A stretch of DNA of 53,815 nt, the filler included, from Bipalium vagum (lineage: Eukaryota): the NCBI GenBank assembly GCA_037834085.1. It is 3 parts of 3 records of this genome, joined end to end, with 100 filler letters (N's around TTAATTAATTAA, not from the genome) between each part and the next. Parts side by side here need not be neighbours in the genome. Positions count along the whole stretch, not along the records: positions 1 to 18,464 come from JBBMKC010024520.1; positions 18,565 to 35,163 come from JBBMKC010103718.1; 1 more part is not named here. The stretch is one strand, 5' to 3'. Both the position numbers and the translations under genes were made by a program. Under the pieces are notes generated by a model that saw nothing but the letters and a program-made list of their open reading frames with translations, searched no databases and was not told the origin of the DNA. How positions within the stretch are numbered: the stretch's first letter is position 1; the number at the start of each line of letters is the position of its first letter. This document shows, piece by piece, positions 11,860 to 24,736 of this stretch.

Positions 11860-13130
11860 GATGACATATAAGTTCCATTTTTTAAAAATGTTTTTAATTA
11901 ACTTTTTTTAAAAAGAGAACGATGTCCGCCGTCTTTGCTTTTTCCCTACCTTGTTGGATACTTCAACAGGTTTCTCGTTTGTCTTTCTAGTGGTCGAATG
12001 ATAAACCGATGCAAAATAGTCAAATACTCAAAGTGAAGTCCCTTACCAGGCTTTAAACATGTTTTATGAAGTCCCTGCACTGAGCTAACCCTCTCAGATG
12101 TGCTTTGCAATTTATGAGACCATAAAATGTTAATCTCTTTAGTCAATTAAAGGCATTGCCATATCAAAATAAAATGACGGTATTGCCCACATTGATCATT
12201 TCCAGTGGAGTATAAAATCTGAATTAAAATACGTAGGACAGTTGGGTGAAGTGGAAAGGGTATAATTTCCTTTTAAGAGAGTATCAACCAGCGGATGAAA
12301 AGGTCGAAAAGTTAAAGGTATTACTGTGCAGGCGTTGTCAATTATTTGGCACCTGTATCACAGTGAGATTATTATTATTGAATTGACAACGCCCCATGTA
12401 CACCTTCATAGTAAAACAAGACTTGGATCTCGAGGAACCTCAAAAATATTATCTGATGTTCATAAAAACATCTGATCAAATAACGATGCAAAGATTTGTA
12501 GTGCAGATGTAAAATATATAAAAAATGGAATATATCTAAGCCAGATAAGGGAGAAAGAGAGAAACATTTATAAGAGTTATTTTCCAATGTTCTTTTACTT
12601 TCCCGACCGTATATGAATGATGATAAGTCAGTGATATTGCTTTGGAGGTTCAGAACAATGCCCTCTACAACGCACATTTAAAGGTTATCATGTTACCATT
12701 GACGTCAGCAGAAGGTATTATTGTTTCACAAACCATAAAAGTTCATGAATATGGCATTCTCATTTAGTAAGTATCGGCATCTGTATCGTTTTTTCTAACT
12801 GGTGAAGCTTCAGTTGGAGAAATCACAAACTTATCTTATAATGCAAATTAGTGGGAGGCCATGGCAGATGCAGTTGGCGATGACTTCTTCGTTTCTCATA
12901 GGAAGGCATTAAAATAACATTTGTGAGATACCTAAATATATTTTTATGGCTTGTCTTTATTTGATAACTCTTATTTTTTTTCTACACCAAAAGATGACCC
13001 CTTCAAATCAAATTTATTATTTGCAAATATAAATAAATATGTAATTAAGCTGAATATATTCTGGCTTGTGAATGAAGTCCTATTACTACGTAAGCATGAT
13101 AAGCATAAAGGATGTAATAGAAGGAAAATA

Positions 13131-16100
13131 TCAGAAAACGTCCTCAAATTTTGTATAGGTTCCTCTTTTGTCCAACGTTTCCGAGTTGAAATCCGAATGG
13201 CTGGCTAAGAAGATCAAAGTCTCCTGAGGTCGTTTTGATTCATCTACGCCAATTGATTGAAGAGGATGACTATGCTTATAAAACTTTCTGAACCTTTCAT
13301 TGAACCTCTCTATAAGAAAAATTAATTCCACTGACCACATCAATGCATACCGGCGTATTCATCCAATGTTGCCCCTTGACCGTTGAGGTCTTTCGGTAAA
13401 ACTTTCTCAAGTCCCGGCAGCTTTTCAGTAACTTTTGAGATGTTATGGCTGAAACGGGAGGTCTAAATGGATTTGTTTTATCAACATTGCCAAAGTATTA
13501 TGTTATTTATGAAGAGAATTATCATTAAAAACACATTTGAAAAGATTTTATTTTTGGTTTATCTTTTACAATATTCGACCACTCCCCATCGCCTGAGAGA
13601 CTCCTGGATGCTGAAGGTTAGATAATAAAGTGTGAAAAAATGTCTTCGTAAAACCTTTTTTCAAATAATTAGTCTTCGTCTCATCAAAAAATGGGAGTCT
13701 ATCTTATAAATTCTTGTTTCAAACATTTTAAAAAATAACTACTGAAATGTACTATTGATTAATGCTTTATGTCAGTAGTCAGTTTTTCAAAGGCATTAAC
13801 ATTGACTTGAAAATGTTGAGAAGATAAAAATATACTCTAAAATCTAAAATAATATATTCACCATATTCACCAGATCTGGCATCATCTGATTATTACCTGC
13901 TTTGGTCCCTACAAAATGTTTAGACGGAAAAGTTTCAATTCCAAGGAGAAGGTCAGAAATCACTTTGATCTGTTTTTCGTGAGAAAAGATTTAACCTTAT
14001 AAGAACGTGGAATTCTGTAATTCACTCAAAGATGGCAAAGGTTGTTGGGCGAAAACAATCAATATGTAACTGATTAAAAATATGTTTACCAAAACGCAAT
14101 TTTACTTTGGCTTTTATTGTTGCTTTCCGAACAACCCAATACTAATCGATAAAATACTAATGGTGGAAAACCAAATCACTCAAAAAATGAAACGACATAC
14201 CATTCTAGTGGCTGTCCTTGGCACGATCAGTTGTATATAAAGTACACCAAGAGCTTCTATCCGATAATGGAAAAACTTTGTCAAGAAAATAGAGCAGACT
14301 GTTGAGGGAAACCATAGACATTTCATGAGGTCCCTTGACAACAAATTCAAGGAATCAGGGAGAACAGCCAGAAATGTTGTTCATGAAAATACGAATCGTA
14401 CGTGTTGAAAAAAAGACAATTTCTTTCAAAAAATTAAAAGAATCGCTCATTTAAATCGAAATGCTTCTAACCAAAACACACATTCAGTCAAAAATATATA
14501 ATTTGCTTTTTCAGAGATGAAATAAATTTCGACCAAGATCAAAAGGTTAACAGAATTAATAATCGATGGTTATCTTAAGAACCCTCTGAAGTACCAACAA
14601 AATAGTTCTAAATTTAATTACAGTCAAATTTCGTTAATATGCCACTCTGGCTATTATCCCACCTTTACTGGGTTCCGAAAAAATTAAATAAAAATTAGAT
14701 TTAATACGCCACCCCTACTCTCGCTACTCTGCTACTATTGTGTGACTGTAAAAGGCACAAATCTGTGTAAAATAAGTCTGTATTTTTGCGTGTTCAGGTC
14801 AAGCATGCGATGCTTTCCACGATAACACTGTAATACGCCAGTTACAACACGTACAGTGACAAGTCTTCAAGCAAAAGCTTAAAAGAAACCCACAAAAGTG
14901 CGAGCACGCATACACACAATCACACAATATAGACATCATTATTTTTCAAATTCAACCCATAATGTCAGCGTAAAAACGTCAGGAGAAAAGAGACACAGTC
15001 TGACATTCACGAAAATAGAAGAGAATAAAAATTACTAATGAAGTCTTCTCAAACTTTGTTGAAGTAATACACTCTTGGATTCGTTTTATGGTTCGCCAAG
15101 CTTAGTTTATCATTACTATCATAAATTGAAAACCACCCTAATGAACACATCACAGAGAACATTACGGACCGTTATGGTTCGAGGTTAACGGAAAACTGAA
15201 AATGGTATGACCCATCCTGTTTAAATGGTATTTGGATAGTCATACTAATTGGAATGGTCATATTATTTGGGGCCATCTGTTAGAATTCCTCTTAGAGAGT
15301 TAGAGACATCCAAGTATTAAGACTAACCCATAATTTGACTATTTTTATAACTTACCCTTTTCCTCATTTTATCATTCAAGAAGAACGAAATCATCTGAAA
15401 GATCAGATCAAACAGGGCAGAGTCACTGTGGAATATTTGGCCTTTCACTCTTACGGGGTAGGAGTCCTAAGAATATCGTTATCATCATTTAAAGAAGGAA
15501 TATGTTGAATCAAACTTGTAAAATGGTATAGCCAGCCTTAAAGTCGTTAGGATTGCAAACAGCCTCCATGACCTTCTTATTAAGTCCGCAAAAATTGAAC
15601 AGAAATCTTACTCCGAAGATTTGACTCTCCTCTTCCGATAATACTACTTCCAGAGCCATGAAACTGAGCGCTATCAATTTCCTAAAGGTAACGGTTTCAG
15701 GATCCCAATCAGCTGCAAAAGATGTGAAAGAAGATAAAAATAATCTCGTAATAATTTCGTCTAATTGATACAAAATATGAGTTCCATTTTGGTAAGCGAT
15801 TTCAATTGGTGTATCTCTTTAATAAGAACGAGGTTGTCTTTAGTTACCTCTATATTCTCGGCTTGATCACCCTTTGAAAACCTAAATGTAGAACCCCGTC
15901 AAATTATCGGAGACTGTTCAACTTCAACCAATCTGATAGTCATTGTCTTTCACAATTAACATTTTATTCACCAGCACTTTCAAAGGGTAAAAACTTTTCA
16001 AAAGGTCCCTGCAGTCACTAAACCTCTCAGAATTGATTTGTTACACCAAAGAGCTTAAAACTTTATTCCATCCATTAAATTAAGAGTATTACCATATTGA

Positions 16101-16564
16101 AATAAAATGACGGTCTCCCCCGAATCGATCCTCCCCAGTGGAGTAAAAAATCTGAACAAAAATAAGCATGACATTTTAGTGAAGGAGAAATGGTATACTT
16201 TCCCTTTAGAAAGGTCTCAACCAGTGGATTAACAAGGTCGAAAAGTTCAAGATAATCCGGAAAGCCTCTTTTAGATGTCCTTACCGTGCAGAAGTTGTCG
16301 ATTCTTTTCTGAGCCTTAGCATGGTAAAATTTCGATGCCCTTAAGAATCGAAGCAGGAACTTGGCATCTGTACCACAGTAAAATTTTTATTTATGGACTG
16401 AAAACGCCCTCCTTACCCATGGGACATTGGAGGTGAGGCATGGACTTCACCCACCTGCGCAGACTCTCGATGTGAGCATTGACCTGCGAGGGATCCTCGT
16501 TCAGCTCTTGGATTGCAACCTTTTTCGCCTTTTCGCCAATCTCGTATTCATATCGGTCTGCCAT
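13131..16564 (-). CDS. CRAL-TRIO (alpha-tocopherol transfer protein/clavesin-like) lipid-binding protein, copy C, apparently intact, 7 exons
   Basis: Spliced reading: MADRYEYEIGEKAKKVAIQELNEDP..PHLQCPM / DAKFLLRFLRASKF..(CRAL-TRIO N) / FFTPLGRIDSGETVILFQY / ADWDPETV..ESQIFGVRFLFNFCGL.. / DSYPVRVKGQIF..FFLNDKMRKR / TSRFSHNISK..VLPKDLNG.. / ..VDESKRP..RGTYTKFEDVF*. GT-AG boundaries keep the frame at the junctions checked. Confidence 0.88.
13780..14139 (+). mobile_element. mariner 3' remnant with right TIR, inside a CRAL-TRIO intron
   Basis: YSPDLASSDYYL motif at ~13864-13900. Ends in ctttccgaacaacccaa followed by TA, the same terminus as the MITE at 41449-41671. Confidence 0.75.
14250..14600 (+). 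mobile_element. Tc1/mariner-superfamily transposase remnant
   Basis: ICFFRDEINFDQDQKVNRINNRWL resembles the FSDEK.F....N.QNDR first-Asp motif. Confidence 0.55.
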
Positions 16565-17259
16565 TAAACTGTCTGCAAAAAATGATAAAAAAATGCTAAA
16601 GCCTGACCTTCAGCAACTATTGTATCTTTGATATGATCACCTATAATCATTGGTACTACCATTGTTATGTCATGCGTGTCAAGTCAAAACATACGTTAAG
16701 TCAAACAAGTCTCTCTAAATGTTTCACATGGCTTATTATTTAAAATGTAATATTTACTCGTTTGAAGAGACTAAGGGGGCTGCAGATGGTCACAATCAGC
16801 AACCATGCTCGCCTGAGGATATATTCATTAGGGTTGACTTAAGCACTGGACATCATGCTCTCCATGAAACCGACGGATTTCCACCAAAGAGCGTTTTTCA
16901 ACTTCTACATGAAGGGTTGCTAAGCCGAATCGATATTATTTTAATAAATAGAAGTATTAAAAGCTGTTGGACTTTTGCTTACCTTTTCTTGGTCACAGAC
17001 CACAGGACACATATTCAGGAACTAAAATTAGCTTATTTCTCGAAGGGATACAGGGTGCGCCAGATAATTTGGTAAAAGTGTGAAAAGAAGCACAAATGAG
17101 TTTTATATTTCAACAAAAATCAATTTTATATATTGAAAACCGAAACACAGTGCTGATCTTTTCAAACGGTCACAAACCTTCACTTGTTCTGTTTCATTAA
17201 CCACTGCAACTACAACTCCTCTCGGAGCTACTCTTTCTGGGAACAGAGCAAACTTTCTC

Positions 17260-17577
17260 AATCCATCTTGAATGAATCTTTTTTCTTCATAAACTCAAAT
17301 ATAAAGTTGTTTTGTGTAACAACTTTCTTTTAATTAGAACACAATCTCTTCCTTCTATCTTTGGTTGACCTTTAGCCCACAAATCTATATCCTTCATTTC
17401 AGTTCCGTCTGGTTGCATCCATACCCTCTTAGACGTGTTTCTCTCGTTCAACAGATCATTACTGCCAGTGTGATACAATGATTTATCTAAGGAGGATTTA
17501 GTTTTTTTTAATTCATTCGAAAAGTGGTAACCGACCATCCTTCTCAGTACACATCTTCCACGCCTGCTTTTACACAA
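17260..17577 (-). pseudogene. Degenerate second copy of the C-type lectin gene
   Basis: Nearly identical KSLYHTG.NDLLNERNTSK..W.Q.DGTEMKDIDLW to the gene at 1891-2651, but frameshifted and truncated at both ends. Confidence 0.85.
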
Positions 17578-18464
17578 GCATTAAAATCGATGTCTGAATT
17601 TTTGTCAATCACGGCGAACAATCCACAAAATATCTTTGAAAATGTGAAGAGCTTTCATTGAAAATCAAAGTTTATTATTATTAAATGAAGAAAATGTACT
17701 GTTATCCATGTCAATCATTTTCTCAACCTTTCTCTGATATGGTACACCAAAGCTACATTTCATTTATGAACAAGACGAACTTGAAGCCGATGTCAATAAA
17801 AACTGCAGGGGGACCAATTCAACTTTATTTTTATTAATAAAAATTTCTTAAAATAAATGATATTTTTAAATAATATAAAGTAAATAAATAAAGTTTTAAA
17901 TATAAATAATAAAGTTTAATAATAAAATTGTAAAATTATAATAATTAATTAAATTTAATAATTATATATAAATAATAAATAATAAAATTAAAATAATTAT
18001 GTAGTAAAAATTGTGTTTTGCAAAACCTTTTCCCATTAGACGAATTGATTATCGTGTATTTTCCAATTTAAAAATTCGGGAACATCAAAGAAGGCTAATA
18101 TTCAGAATAGACGAACTCGAATTATTCGAACTCTTTCTTAAGAAACTACTTGAACCAATCAAAACGTTAAATAATGGAATTTAGTATTATCAATACTCAC
18201 TCGATTTTAGTACAAGTGGACATTAAAATCTTATAGAATACCCCTCTGCTATTCAATAATAAGAATTATTATGACAGCCGGTAAAAGTAACAAGATAGAA
18301 ATTTTATTCTCTCTGGTTACAAAAGAAAAGAGATAACTTTTTAGTCAACGATAATAAATTAGTTAAGTATTCTTAACGATAGAAGTAAAGCCTTCTGATC
18401 ACTAATTTTTTAAATTTTTTGAATTTATCAAAGACATCTATCCAGTAAGTAGTACTGAGAAGGA

Positions 18465-18564
18465 NNNNNNNNNNNNNNNNNNNNNNNNNNNNNNNNNNNN
18501 NNNNNNNNTTAATTAATTAANNNNNNNNNNNNNNNNNNNNNNNNNNNNNNNNNNNNNNNNNNNN
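18465..18564. other. Artificial assembly spacer (44 N + TTAATTAATTAA + 44 N)
   Basis: Exactly 100 bp; the 12-mer places stops in all six frames; identical to 35164-35263. Confidence 0.97.
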
Positions 18565-18643
<79 letters not shown>

Positions 18644-18720
18644 GAAAGAAAATCCAAATTTTAATTTGGAAAATAATGACAAGAATAATAATAATAATAA
18701 TAATGATGATGATATTAATA
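18565..18720. repeat. (AAT)n microsatellite
   Basis: Direct reading. Confidence 0.95.
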
Positions 18721-19359
18721 AGCCTCGGTGTCGAGGTTGTTATATACATTTTGAATTGGAAATTAAACTCCTTCGTGAGAGTTATTAATTCCTTTTGTTG
18801 AACTTTGTCTCGGCGTAGAGACAAAGTTTGAAATACGAGGCTATTGATGGAAATAGCCGCCTGGAAGCGTAGGGATTGGTGACCGGGTGATTTACAAGAT
18901 TTGGAGCGAACGGTGTTGCTGAATCAGACTGTTGCCACATTTATAATAAAGTTTTATTGCGAGTGTTTTGATTCAGTTTGAGAATAGATAAGGTTTTATT
19001 TTGAGTAATTTGATTCAAGTTGGGCTTAACCGAATTACGAACGGAACATTATAAAAGTGAGAAGTTACTGATGAACGAGCACAATTTACCTTGACACAGT
19101 ATAATAGTAACATATCTATTCAAAGCTTTTTAATATCCTTTTGGATTTTCTGAAATCATTATCTTATCTGAATGGTATGGATTCTATACGGACCGAAATA
19201 AAATCCATTTTTTTATTAGTAAGAAAATATCTGAATATTTAAGTTGAAATTTCTTATTTCTTGAGTAAATTTCTTAAGGTAATCATTAACAAGATTGGTA
19301 AGTTCAAGATTTAAATTTAAATAAATTGATTACAGTTAGTTGATTGATTTAGTCTGAAA

Positions 19360-20280
19360 TATGAAGGTAAAGCAATGCAATATAAATTTCTTCGTTGCAA
19401 CTTTAACATGAAATAACTTATGGGCTACCGAAATCCACAAATTTCTTGTAGAAAGTTGGGGAACAGAAAACGTCGTCAGCCTTATGAGAGTACAGTAGAT
19501 GCCAAAGAGTTTACAGAAGAATAACGAATACTTTTAGACAGAAAGTGGTTCAGGAAGTCCAAGAACGAACACCACAGAAGAGAGGACCTGCCGAATATGA
19601 TTTCACATTTTCAAACAAGACTACTTATTTTGGAAATGATTATTCAGCATGACAATGTCAGACCTCACGTTACATAGTTGATTCGACTTTGGTTAGCAAA
19701 AAGTCGCGTGTCTCTATTAAACCAGCCGATATACTCACCAGACACAAACCTCGTGGATCGCTTTATCTTCAGAAACTATGAGTGCTACGAACACCACAGA
19801 AGAGAGGACCTGCCGAATATGATTTCACATTTTCAAACAAGACTACCTATTTTGGAAATGATTATTCAGCATGACAATGTCAGACCTCACGTTACATAGT
19901 TGATTCGACTTTGGTTAGCAAAAAGTCGCGTGTCTCTATTAAACCAGCCGATATACTCACCAGACACAAACCTCGTGGATCGCTTTATCTTCAGAAACTA
20001 TGAGTGCTACAAATGTGGAAAAAACTTCAGTAATTCAGGAGAAGTGAGTAATAATTTCCGCCAATATCTGGAGTCAACATCGGAGGAGAAGCTCACAGAC
20101 TATTTTCACAATATTATGCGTTACCTCCGGATTTTTATTGAAGCTGATGGAGACTGTGTTTAAGCTCTGCTGTGCTTTGCTAACACATTTAGTATAACTT
20201 CACATGTGATCTTCACAAATAAATGTTTCAATTTGTATATTTTTATTAGATTTTCATGAGATTTTTTGTTGGCCCCTATA
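19360..20280 (+). mobile_element. Internally deleted mariner-like element containing a 222-bp tandem duplication
   Basis: QHDNVRPHVT and QPIYSPDTNLVD (HDNARPH and YSPDLAP.D motifs) each occur twice; units 19565-19786 and 19787-20008. Confidence 0.8.
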
Positions 20281-20999
20281 CTTACAATTAATAGTAGACC
20301 TTATGAATTGATGAGCTTGATATTTTTACTTTATTACATTATTTTAAGTGACACTATAAAAGTTAATTATGTATGAAAGTTAATAATACAAATATAGACT
20401 TGTATAAACCAGAGCCCCATTTTTGAATAAAATAATCACTTGGGGAAAATGACTCTACATTGTCCTAATCTTAGACATTGAGCCTGGGTATGGTAAAGTT
20501 TATTAATATTTATTTTTAAATTATATCAATGTACACATTTATTGTTTTTTTTATTCTGATGTATCAGATTCGCTACCATTACATTCATGAATAATTTTGA
20601 AAGTTGCTATTGTATGAAAGAATAAAATGAAGATATAACATCACAGTTTATCAATTTGTTCTTCGTATTGGAAATTTGATTAGAATTTTTAACACGATTA
20701 ATATTAATTTTATGGATAAAGATAAAAAATGTGACTTAATTCATATAGTCATTGATAAAGGCTACCCCTTTTATCTTGACTTTTCACGGAACCCGAATAA
20801 CAACAAAGGATAACGATCATTGTTGATTAAAATAGTACTAATAATAAAAAAAATTATACATTACATGATCCTGGACTATATAAGCCTGGATCATAATTTC
20901 TAAAGGATTAAGAACTTTAAATGCTTTTATGTTGACATTGTGAATCCATCAAGAAATAATGAATTATATCTATGAGAACTATTATTCACTAAAGTTACT

Positions 21000-21270
21000 C
21001 GATTGAAGTTAGAAATCTTTTGCGGATTGTGGATTGGGGTGGTAAGATTATTCTATTGGGCAGCGTGGTCACCAGATTTTTCCGCAATGGGTTTTTGGGT
21101 ATATCTAAAGACAACGGTTTATACAAGAAAACCAAAGAAGCTAAAAAATCTGACAGATGCAATTGAAGAAGAGGCAACTAAATTATTACCACAAATGTGT
21201 AAAAATACTGACGTCTTTTTAAACTGATTACATTGTATTATTGTTAGTGGGTGTTCTGTTGAAAAATATT
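21000..21270 (+). mobile_element. Tc1/Tc3-like transposase C-terminal remnant
   Basis: WIG...WAAWSPDFSAMGFWVYLKTTVYTRKP..L..L...I matches WP.RSPDL.P.DF.LWG.LK..VY. Confidence 0.75.
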
Positions 21271-21452
21271 ATTTTTTTTAAAAATGTATCTCATTGTGTC
21301 AAAGAATTTAGTGTTATCTTAAGTATATTTAACAATATTACATTTTAAAATCTGATACTTACTTTGGTTTTAACAATATATTTGGCTTTTACTTACTTTT
21401 ATATTTTCTTTTACTTTCCATATTCCTACAAAAGAATTAATGTTGATTATAG

Positions 21453-24040
21453 GCATTTTCATAGTATGGAGAAATTTGCACTTTATGAAATATATGACAG
21501 GAAAATGAGAAAAGTAACTGTAGGACATAAAGCAAGCTTTTGTTTAGAAGACAATATGTGTGTTTTTGGTGTTTCAAAAAAATTCGTATGTTCCAATTTA
21601 AAATCAAATAAAGGATCACAAGGTAATTCATATTTTTCTCTTTAACCGTACATGAAAGACGTTTTAAGGAATTAGTCCAGGCTGTAGCGACAATTATTTG
21701 CACAATTACGATTGCCAGTGGATTGATGTTTCAGAACTGATTTCAGGGGTTTATACCTTCAGGGTTTGCATTTTGTTATAAAGTTTATTATTAGATTTGA
21801 TTTAGCATTCATGGAAAAAAATTATAATGAATACCTTTTTAAAGATATTCCAGAGTAAATATAACTAGAATGTTTCAATTTACAGATTTGTTATTTTACG
21901 GATTTTATCAATGTATCCTGAAAATATACTAGTAATAAATTTAGAAATGAATCTAGTGTGATTCGAGCTTCATTTAAAATACTTTCACACCTTTAGAAAT
22001 AAATTATACCTTATGCTTCTTACTCCTTTCATGGATTGAATCTCGAGGCTTATCCGTCCTTCTTCTACTTCACTTTGATCTCGAACATTTCAATATTACA
22101 TGAATCACAAAGAATCCTGCTTTTCAGAATTTGTACTTCTCTTAGTACTTTGGTGTACTCTTTATTTTTACAATATATAAACTAATTAATTTTCCATTAC
22201 TATACACACTTTTTTGAAATTTTAATTATCGATATTTCAAGTTTAAACTAATAAATTAAAAAGTAATTTAAATTAGACTTAAACAAAAAATTTTCCAAGT
22301 AGATTTTAATATTATTTTCTTTAATTTTCTTAATTTTTATTTTATAATTTTGTTTCAAAATATTTTCAAGTTTAACTTTACTTCATTTCCATTTTTTGTT
22401 TTATCTTTGGTTTTTATAATTTTCATTAATCCGTTAATCTTCACTGTAATAATTTAGAATTTCTTTCCTAAACTATTTTTATTTTCTTAGCTGTTTGATA
22501 GCATGAGATGTGAGTGAGTTTGTTTAATTTTTTGTTTAATCAACTAAAACAAAAATATTATTTAAGTTTTAAAAATTTTTATTAAAATACTCTGGTTTCA
22601 CTTTAATATTTTATTATAATTTTCTTATTTCATTAATTGATAAGATAAAACAAAAGCCTAATCTTGAATTTCTGTACAACCTTTATACCCTAATTCATTT
22701 TTTATCGTGAAAAAGTGGTATATAGATAAGTGAGACAACTTTAAGCTCTAGTTATAATTAAGGAGAATAAGATTCACGAGAAAGTTATAAAACGTCTTTT
22801 AGGAATGATTGAACTATTTTTGGAAACAACAATATTTAATTGATGAATTATGAGGAATAAGAATTACCGTTCGAAGTTTTGGTTTTCACACCAATTCACA
22901 ATGATTCGAAAAACCTTATTATAATATGAGGCATTCATTCACATCTGTCGGTAAGCAGATGTGTATGGAAGCGAGTTTTGTCCTGAACGGTGCCAGAGCA
23001 ACCACCTGTTCTGAAAGAGAGCTTCATGATCTCGAATACATAGTCAGTATGGAGTTACTAGTTAAACACCATCCATCCATGGGTCATTATGGTTGTGTCT
23101 CTACACTATGAACACTTATAAATCAACAATTCGTGGTCAATCCACTTTACACCTTTTTCCTTAACTGAATTCCTTAGAAGTACGTATGAATAATAGGTTC
23201 AAGCAAAAATCACCTGTGCTTATTTAAATTCTTAAATAAAAGATTAAAAAATTGTTAAAAAATAATAAAATTACTTCACTTTCATCAACACGAGATATTT
23301 TCGGAAAAGAATATTTATCAATTAATTAACTTTTTAATAGAACTTCTTATTTCATGGTTTCATTCGTTATTGTTTTCAATTATTAACTTGTTAATGTTTT
23401 ACCAAAATTTTCAGTAAATATATATTTTGAGAGTAGGAATTAAGATGTTATTGATTATCAAAATTAATTTATTAATAAAATTAACTATTTAATAAATGCA
23501 CGAGAAAACCTTGGCGTATTACTTTTTTCGTAAAACAATAATTTCAGATTGGAAATTCATAAAGCAGTACTAAATATTCCTGGAATTGTAACAACAGTTC
23601 TCAAATCCACAAACATTCATTCATCTTTTCAATGTTGGTCATCACGAAGCATTCAATGGAGGTCTGGAAAAATTGTTTCAGAAATTTTAGACAATCAATT
23701 TTCAGCACAGCGCATTTAACAATTTATTTTCAACATATTTCACACGCTGTTTTCTTAGTAATAAAACTAAACTTTGCACTGATGAACACTTAAAACGTAA
23801 ATTAATGTAATTTGTCACATCAGTTTGCTAATTACTCAAAGTCATTAAAAATTGTAATAACAATATTTTTAAAATAATTTTATTTCTATAAGAATGTCAT
23901 TGTTTCAGGTCATTTTAAATCCGGATTTTCTTGTGCCGGAAACAACGTTTTTCAACAATGGAGTCAGTTGCACTCTCCATTTGGGCAATGGATTCGGCTC
24001 GCTGTCCGATTGTCGAATGGTCCATCCGTTAGACTTGTAA
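21453..24040 (+). CDS. LOXL: Lysyl oxidase (LOX/LOXL) family, last three coding exons (21453-21622, 21669-21763, 23909-24040); 5' exons not found
   Basis: HFHSMEKF (end of the Cu-binding His motif), GHKASFCLED (LTQ Lys), QGISPGCSDNYLHNYDCQWIDVS (LTQ Tyr) and VILNPDFLVPETTFFNNGVSC..C. GT-AG introns keep the frame. Confidence 0.92.
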
Positions 24041-24736
24041 AACTGTTTGTTGTTCTCAATCAGAACATTTAAATTAAATGAAAACTAATATCCGATTTGA
24101 AACTATTTATTAATAATAAAGCAATAAAAATAATAATGATAAAAATATTGACAGCAAAATTTAAAAATATTGGCAAAAACGTTACCAAACACGTGACATA
24201 ACAATAAATGCATTTTATTGCTAATATACGATGCATCCATACACACTACTGTCGTATGTTGCATGTTGATTGGTGTAACATGTTATCTGAGCATATCATC
24301 AAATACATTTTGCACGTATGTACAAATACACACACAATCAGACTATTAAAATTGGATACAAAAATATTTATCTACAAACACACAACTCTGTACAAAACTT
24401 AAATGCATAGCGCACACACACACACGAAACGAGACGAACAAATTGTCTAGTTTACTCAAAAAATACCAAAGATAAAAAACTTAAAAAAACATCTTAGATA
24501 CATCCATTAAGCATTGTAGAAAAGCATAATTGACAAAAATTAGAAAATTGATTGATTATAATTTCCAAATTTGTAATTATTGACAAAATCCTGTTTATCA
24601 GTTTATGTAAAATATAAAAAACCTTTCAATATCTGTTTTACCGATCCACTACTCATAGAAATGAAATTAGGTTTTATACATAAAACCAAAATAAAATCAG
24701 ACTTATTATATACATATGTGCGAATTATTAAAACAT

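Larger units (their letters stand above)
7230..11870 (+). mobile_element. Decayed, truncated Ty3/Gypsy-type LTR retroelement with the order env-like G - PR - RT - RNase H - integrase; no gag or LTRs visible
   Basis: PR motifs ALIDTGS and IIGMDLL. RT motifs [43 protein letters not shown] (degenerate YIDD) and YLGHVIS. RNase H motifs TDASGVAIGAVLGQ, DHNPL and ADAMSR. Integrase follows RNase H. Many stops and frameshifts. Confidence 0.93.
6866..12400 (-). pseudogene. CRAL-TRIO family gene copy B, disrupted by the Gypsy-like insertion
   Basis: Degenerate exons 2-3 lie at ~12160-12355. The last two exons lie at ~6866-7196 (TSRFSHNISKVTEKLAGLEKVLPKDLNGQG..; ERFSKRFGEFYENGHPLQSIGVDESKRPQET..RGTYTKL), with a 1-nt deletion before the stop relative to copy C. 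Exons 1, 4 and 5 were not found. Confidence 0.8.

Noticed and set aside
6511-13495. Direct repeats 6511-7226 and 12780-13495 as the LTRs of the retroelement
   Set aside because: They contain the spliced last two exons and 3' flank of CRAL-TRIO paralogs, and I saw no TG..CA ends, PBS or PPT. The right copy is separated from the integrase by further CRAL-TRIO sequence.
16719-17075. 118-aa plus-strand ORF
   Set aside because: No recognisable motif; it ends in a Tc1-like terminus (tacagggtg) and is probably repeat-derived.
18513-18824. Poly-Ile/Leu ORF suggesting a membrane protein
   Set aside because: Translation of an (AAT)n microsatellite running into the N spacer.
19565-20010. Tandem repeat as a CRISPR-like array or duplicated gene
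   Set aside because: Only two 222-bp units, both mariner transposase sequence with an internal stop.
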